Shown: one piece after another, positions 63,790 to 64,000 of the stretch
Numbering within the stretch: position 1 is the stretch's first letter
Layout: each line of letters begins with the position of its first letter
Assembly: GCA_965235115.1 (NCBI GenBank)
Contig: OZ249439.1
Span: 21,948,001 to 22,012,000, forward strand
Origin: Laetmonice hystrix
Taxonomy: Eukaryota
Length of the DNA stretch: 64,000 nt
Direction: 5' to 3'
Notes under the pieces: generated by a model
Seen by the model: the letters and a program-made list of their open reading frames with translations, nothing else
The model's database searches: none
What the model was told of the DNA's origin: nothing
Made by a program: the position numbers and the translations under genes

Positions 63790-63922
63790 TCATAGCATAT
63801 ATACAGTAGTGTAGGAAGGAAAAAAATATTGGGGGGGGGGGCAGAAGTGACGTCATAAAAGCATATATACAGTAGTGTAGGAAGGAAAAAAATATTGGGG
63901 GGGGGGCAGAAGTGACGTCATA
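63790..63922. repeat. ~65-bp tandem duplication containing a CRE
   Basis: GCATATATACAGTAGTGTAGGAAGGAAAAAAATATTG(n)CAGAAGTGACGTCATA x2. Confidence 0.9.
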
Positions 63923-64000
63923 ATGACTTACTCCTATGCTTTTGCATTGAGCCATGCGGTCATTTTATAAATATTGGGGGGAGGGGGGGCAGCAGCCCCC

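Overview
Eukaryotic (invertebrate metazoan, plausibly lophotrochozoan; taxon not provable from sequence) genomic DNA containing three spliced genes, reconstructed by hand from GT-AG sites and reading phase. (1) A complete 7-exon, 200-aa COMMD6 on the minus strand (382-3287). (2) A complete 7-exon, ~346-aa DHRSX-like short-chain dehydrogenase on the plus strand (3387-6194), head-to-head with COMMD6 with only 99 bp between the ATGs. (3) The 3' ~1270 codons (14 exons, 14963-56500) of an AF4/FMR2-family gene (AFF/lilli, super elongation complex scaffold) on the minus strand; its 5' exons were not found and probably lie beyond the window. The AFF introns carry at least eight unrelated tandem-repeat families, including a 16x36-bp array with a perfect CRE in 15 units and an ~81x53-bp satellite with a 20-mer higher-order duplication. 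A CCAAT-box cluster with a YY1-like ATG and splice donor at ~11.5-11.7 kb looks like an unannotated promoter pointing antisense into the AFF 3' end. No CRISPR array, tRNA, rRNA or autonomous transposon was found. I cannot demonstrate a wholly new system; the best leads are the CRE array and CRE enrichment, the cryptic promoter and a candidate internal AFF first exon.
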